Assembly: GCF_963921235.1 (NCBI RefSeq) | Contig: NC_086097.1 | Coordinates: 15,562,001 to 15,626,000 of the forward strand | Source of the DNA: Mobula hypostoma | Taxonomy: Eukaryota | Length of the DNA: 64,000 bases | Reading direction: 5' to 3' | Part shown: one piece after another, positions 62,730-64,000 of the stretch | Position numbering within the stretch: position 1 is the stretch's first letter | Layout of the letters: each line of letters starts with the position of its first letter | Translations under genes and position numbers: made by a program | Notes under the pieces: generated by a model | The model's input: only the letters and a program-made list of their open reading frames with translations | Told to the model about the DNA's origin: nothing | Databases searched by the model: none

Positions 62730-63489
62730 TTCATTCCTTTCCATAGATGTAGCCCGATCTGCTCAGTTCCTCTGGCATTTTGTGTGTGTGTCACTGTGGA
62801 TTTCTGTAGCATTTCTCTCATACTTATAAAAGCTGTGTTGGTATGGCTTCTATGATTTCACCAACTACAAAGGTTAAAATTAATGACCTCTGGCTAATCT
62901 TTCCTCAATACTGGAGCAGATGCAAGGAAGCCTGTAAAATAAGTGTTCCAGGGGTTATTGTAAGCTTCGAATGAATGCTGAAGACTTCAAAGAAAGGAAA
63001 ACATTCACTTAACTTGTTGTGTTATTACCAATTGCCTGTTGTCACTAGTGCCTGTTTTATTTCTAAATCATCCTGAGGATTTGGAACTTTTGGCAGCTGC
63101 AACACCAGCTGCGGAAACAAGAACATAACATTTACAATTCATGATGATCTATCACCAGACTTATTTGTGTAATGATGTGTGATTGAAGAGTGATTTTAGC
63201 ATGACCCTTTATCTGACAGAAGTGATATTATTAAGGAATGCCTTATCTCTTTATTGTATTAAAAAGCACAATTCCATCCTAGTGGATGGTGGATATGAGA
63301 GGAGAGCAATATGCTTCTCCCCTTTCCATAAGGAATCATTTAGACAGGCACATAATGAGCAGGGAATCGAGAGATGCAGACTGTGTTCTGGCAAATAGGA
63401 TTAGCTAGATTGACATGATCAGGCCAGACATACAGGACAGAAGTTCCTGTCCCGTACTATACTGTTCTATGTTCTAACAAAGTGGTTAT

Positions 63490-63865
63490 TCCAGTTTCTC
63501 CATGATCAGATACAAGATATGTTTGACTGAATTCAGAACACGGTTGGCGGAGGAGGGGATAACTTCACTCAACTTCAATTGCCACATTACTGAAATGTTC
63601 CCACAACCAATGGGCTCACTTTCAAGAACTCTTTATCTCACATCCTCTATTTACTGCTTATTTATTATTATTTCTTCTTTTTGTATTTGCACAGTTTGCT
63701 GTCTTCTGCACTTTGGTTGAAGCCCTAGTTGGGTGGTCTTTCATTGATTCTGTTATGGTTATTATAATATAGATTTACTGAGTATGCCCACAAGAAAATG
63801 AATCTCAGAGTTGTATATGGTGACATATATGTACTTTGATAATAAGATTTACTTTGAACTTTGAA
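63490..63865 (+). mobile_element. Rex1/Babar-type 3' UTR fragment
   Basis: Homologous to 49690-49945. Ends gataataagatttactttgaactttgaa. Confidence 0.7.
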
Positions 63866-64000
63866 TTCACACGTTTGCCCCTTCATCATAGCAATAACTT
63901 CGAAATGGAAATTTGCACGTGGAGGCACGAACAGAGAGTATGATGATGATGCTTTCAGCCTCTGTTCCTTTACTCTGTGCCGTCCACATGAGCTCACGTT

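Larger units (their letters stand above)
61700..62790 (+). mobile_element. Penelope 3' terminal fragment split by a hAT MITE
   Basis: Pyrimidine-rich 3' UTR (cacctatcacct...), hammerhead motif, then tccatagatgtagcccgatctgctcagttcctctggcattttgtgtgtgtg. Confidence 0.75.

Noticed and set aside
1..64000. CRISPR arrays, operons or prokaryotic defence systems
   Set aside because: The window is a spliced vertebrate gene with retroelements. There are no regularly spaced repeat-spacer arrays or bacterial-type gene clusters.
48600..64000. Exons of a downstream gene (FBLN5 neighbours TRIP11 in human)
   Set aside because: I found no exon with recognisable coding sequence and no CpG-island promoter in this interval.

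Overview
This window is eukaryotic DNA from a vertebrate, probably a cartilaginous fish (inferred from the repeat families). It carries the 3' end of TRIP11 (golgin GMAP-210) on the + strand: nine coding exons from 355 to 46582, all with GT-AG junctions in matching phases, covering coiled coil, the GRAB domain, the GA1 motif and the LKDLLKQ* C-terminus. A repeat-poor 3' UTR and about 15 kb of intergenic DNA follow. Introns and flank are dense with transposable elements. These include a near full-length Penelope-like element (RT + GIY-YIG, Neptune-like) whose direct terminal repeats each hold a minimal type I hammerhead ribozyme motif, and about ten more dispersed copies of that terminus. There is also a full-length decayed L1 with a 16-bp TSD nested in a Rex1/Babar LINE, many CR1 and Rex1 fragments, V-SINEs, RTE-derived short elements, Tc1 and hAT MITEs and LTR-like TGTAAC...GTTACA elements. 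I found no prokaryote-type system and cannot show that anything here is new. The best leads are the hammerhead-bearing Penelope termini with their fold-back derivatives and a set of non-coding AAGATGG(C/T)GCC-headed elements with Rex-type tails. Repeat boundaries without a TSD are approximate, and family names come from motif recognition, not database searches.
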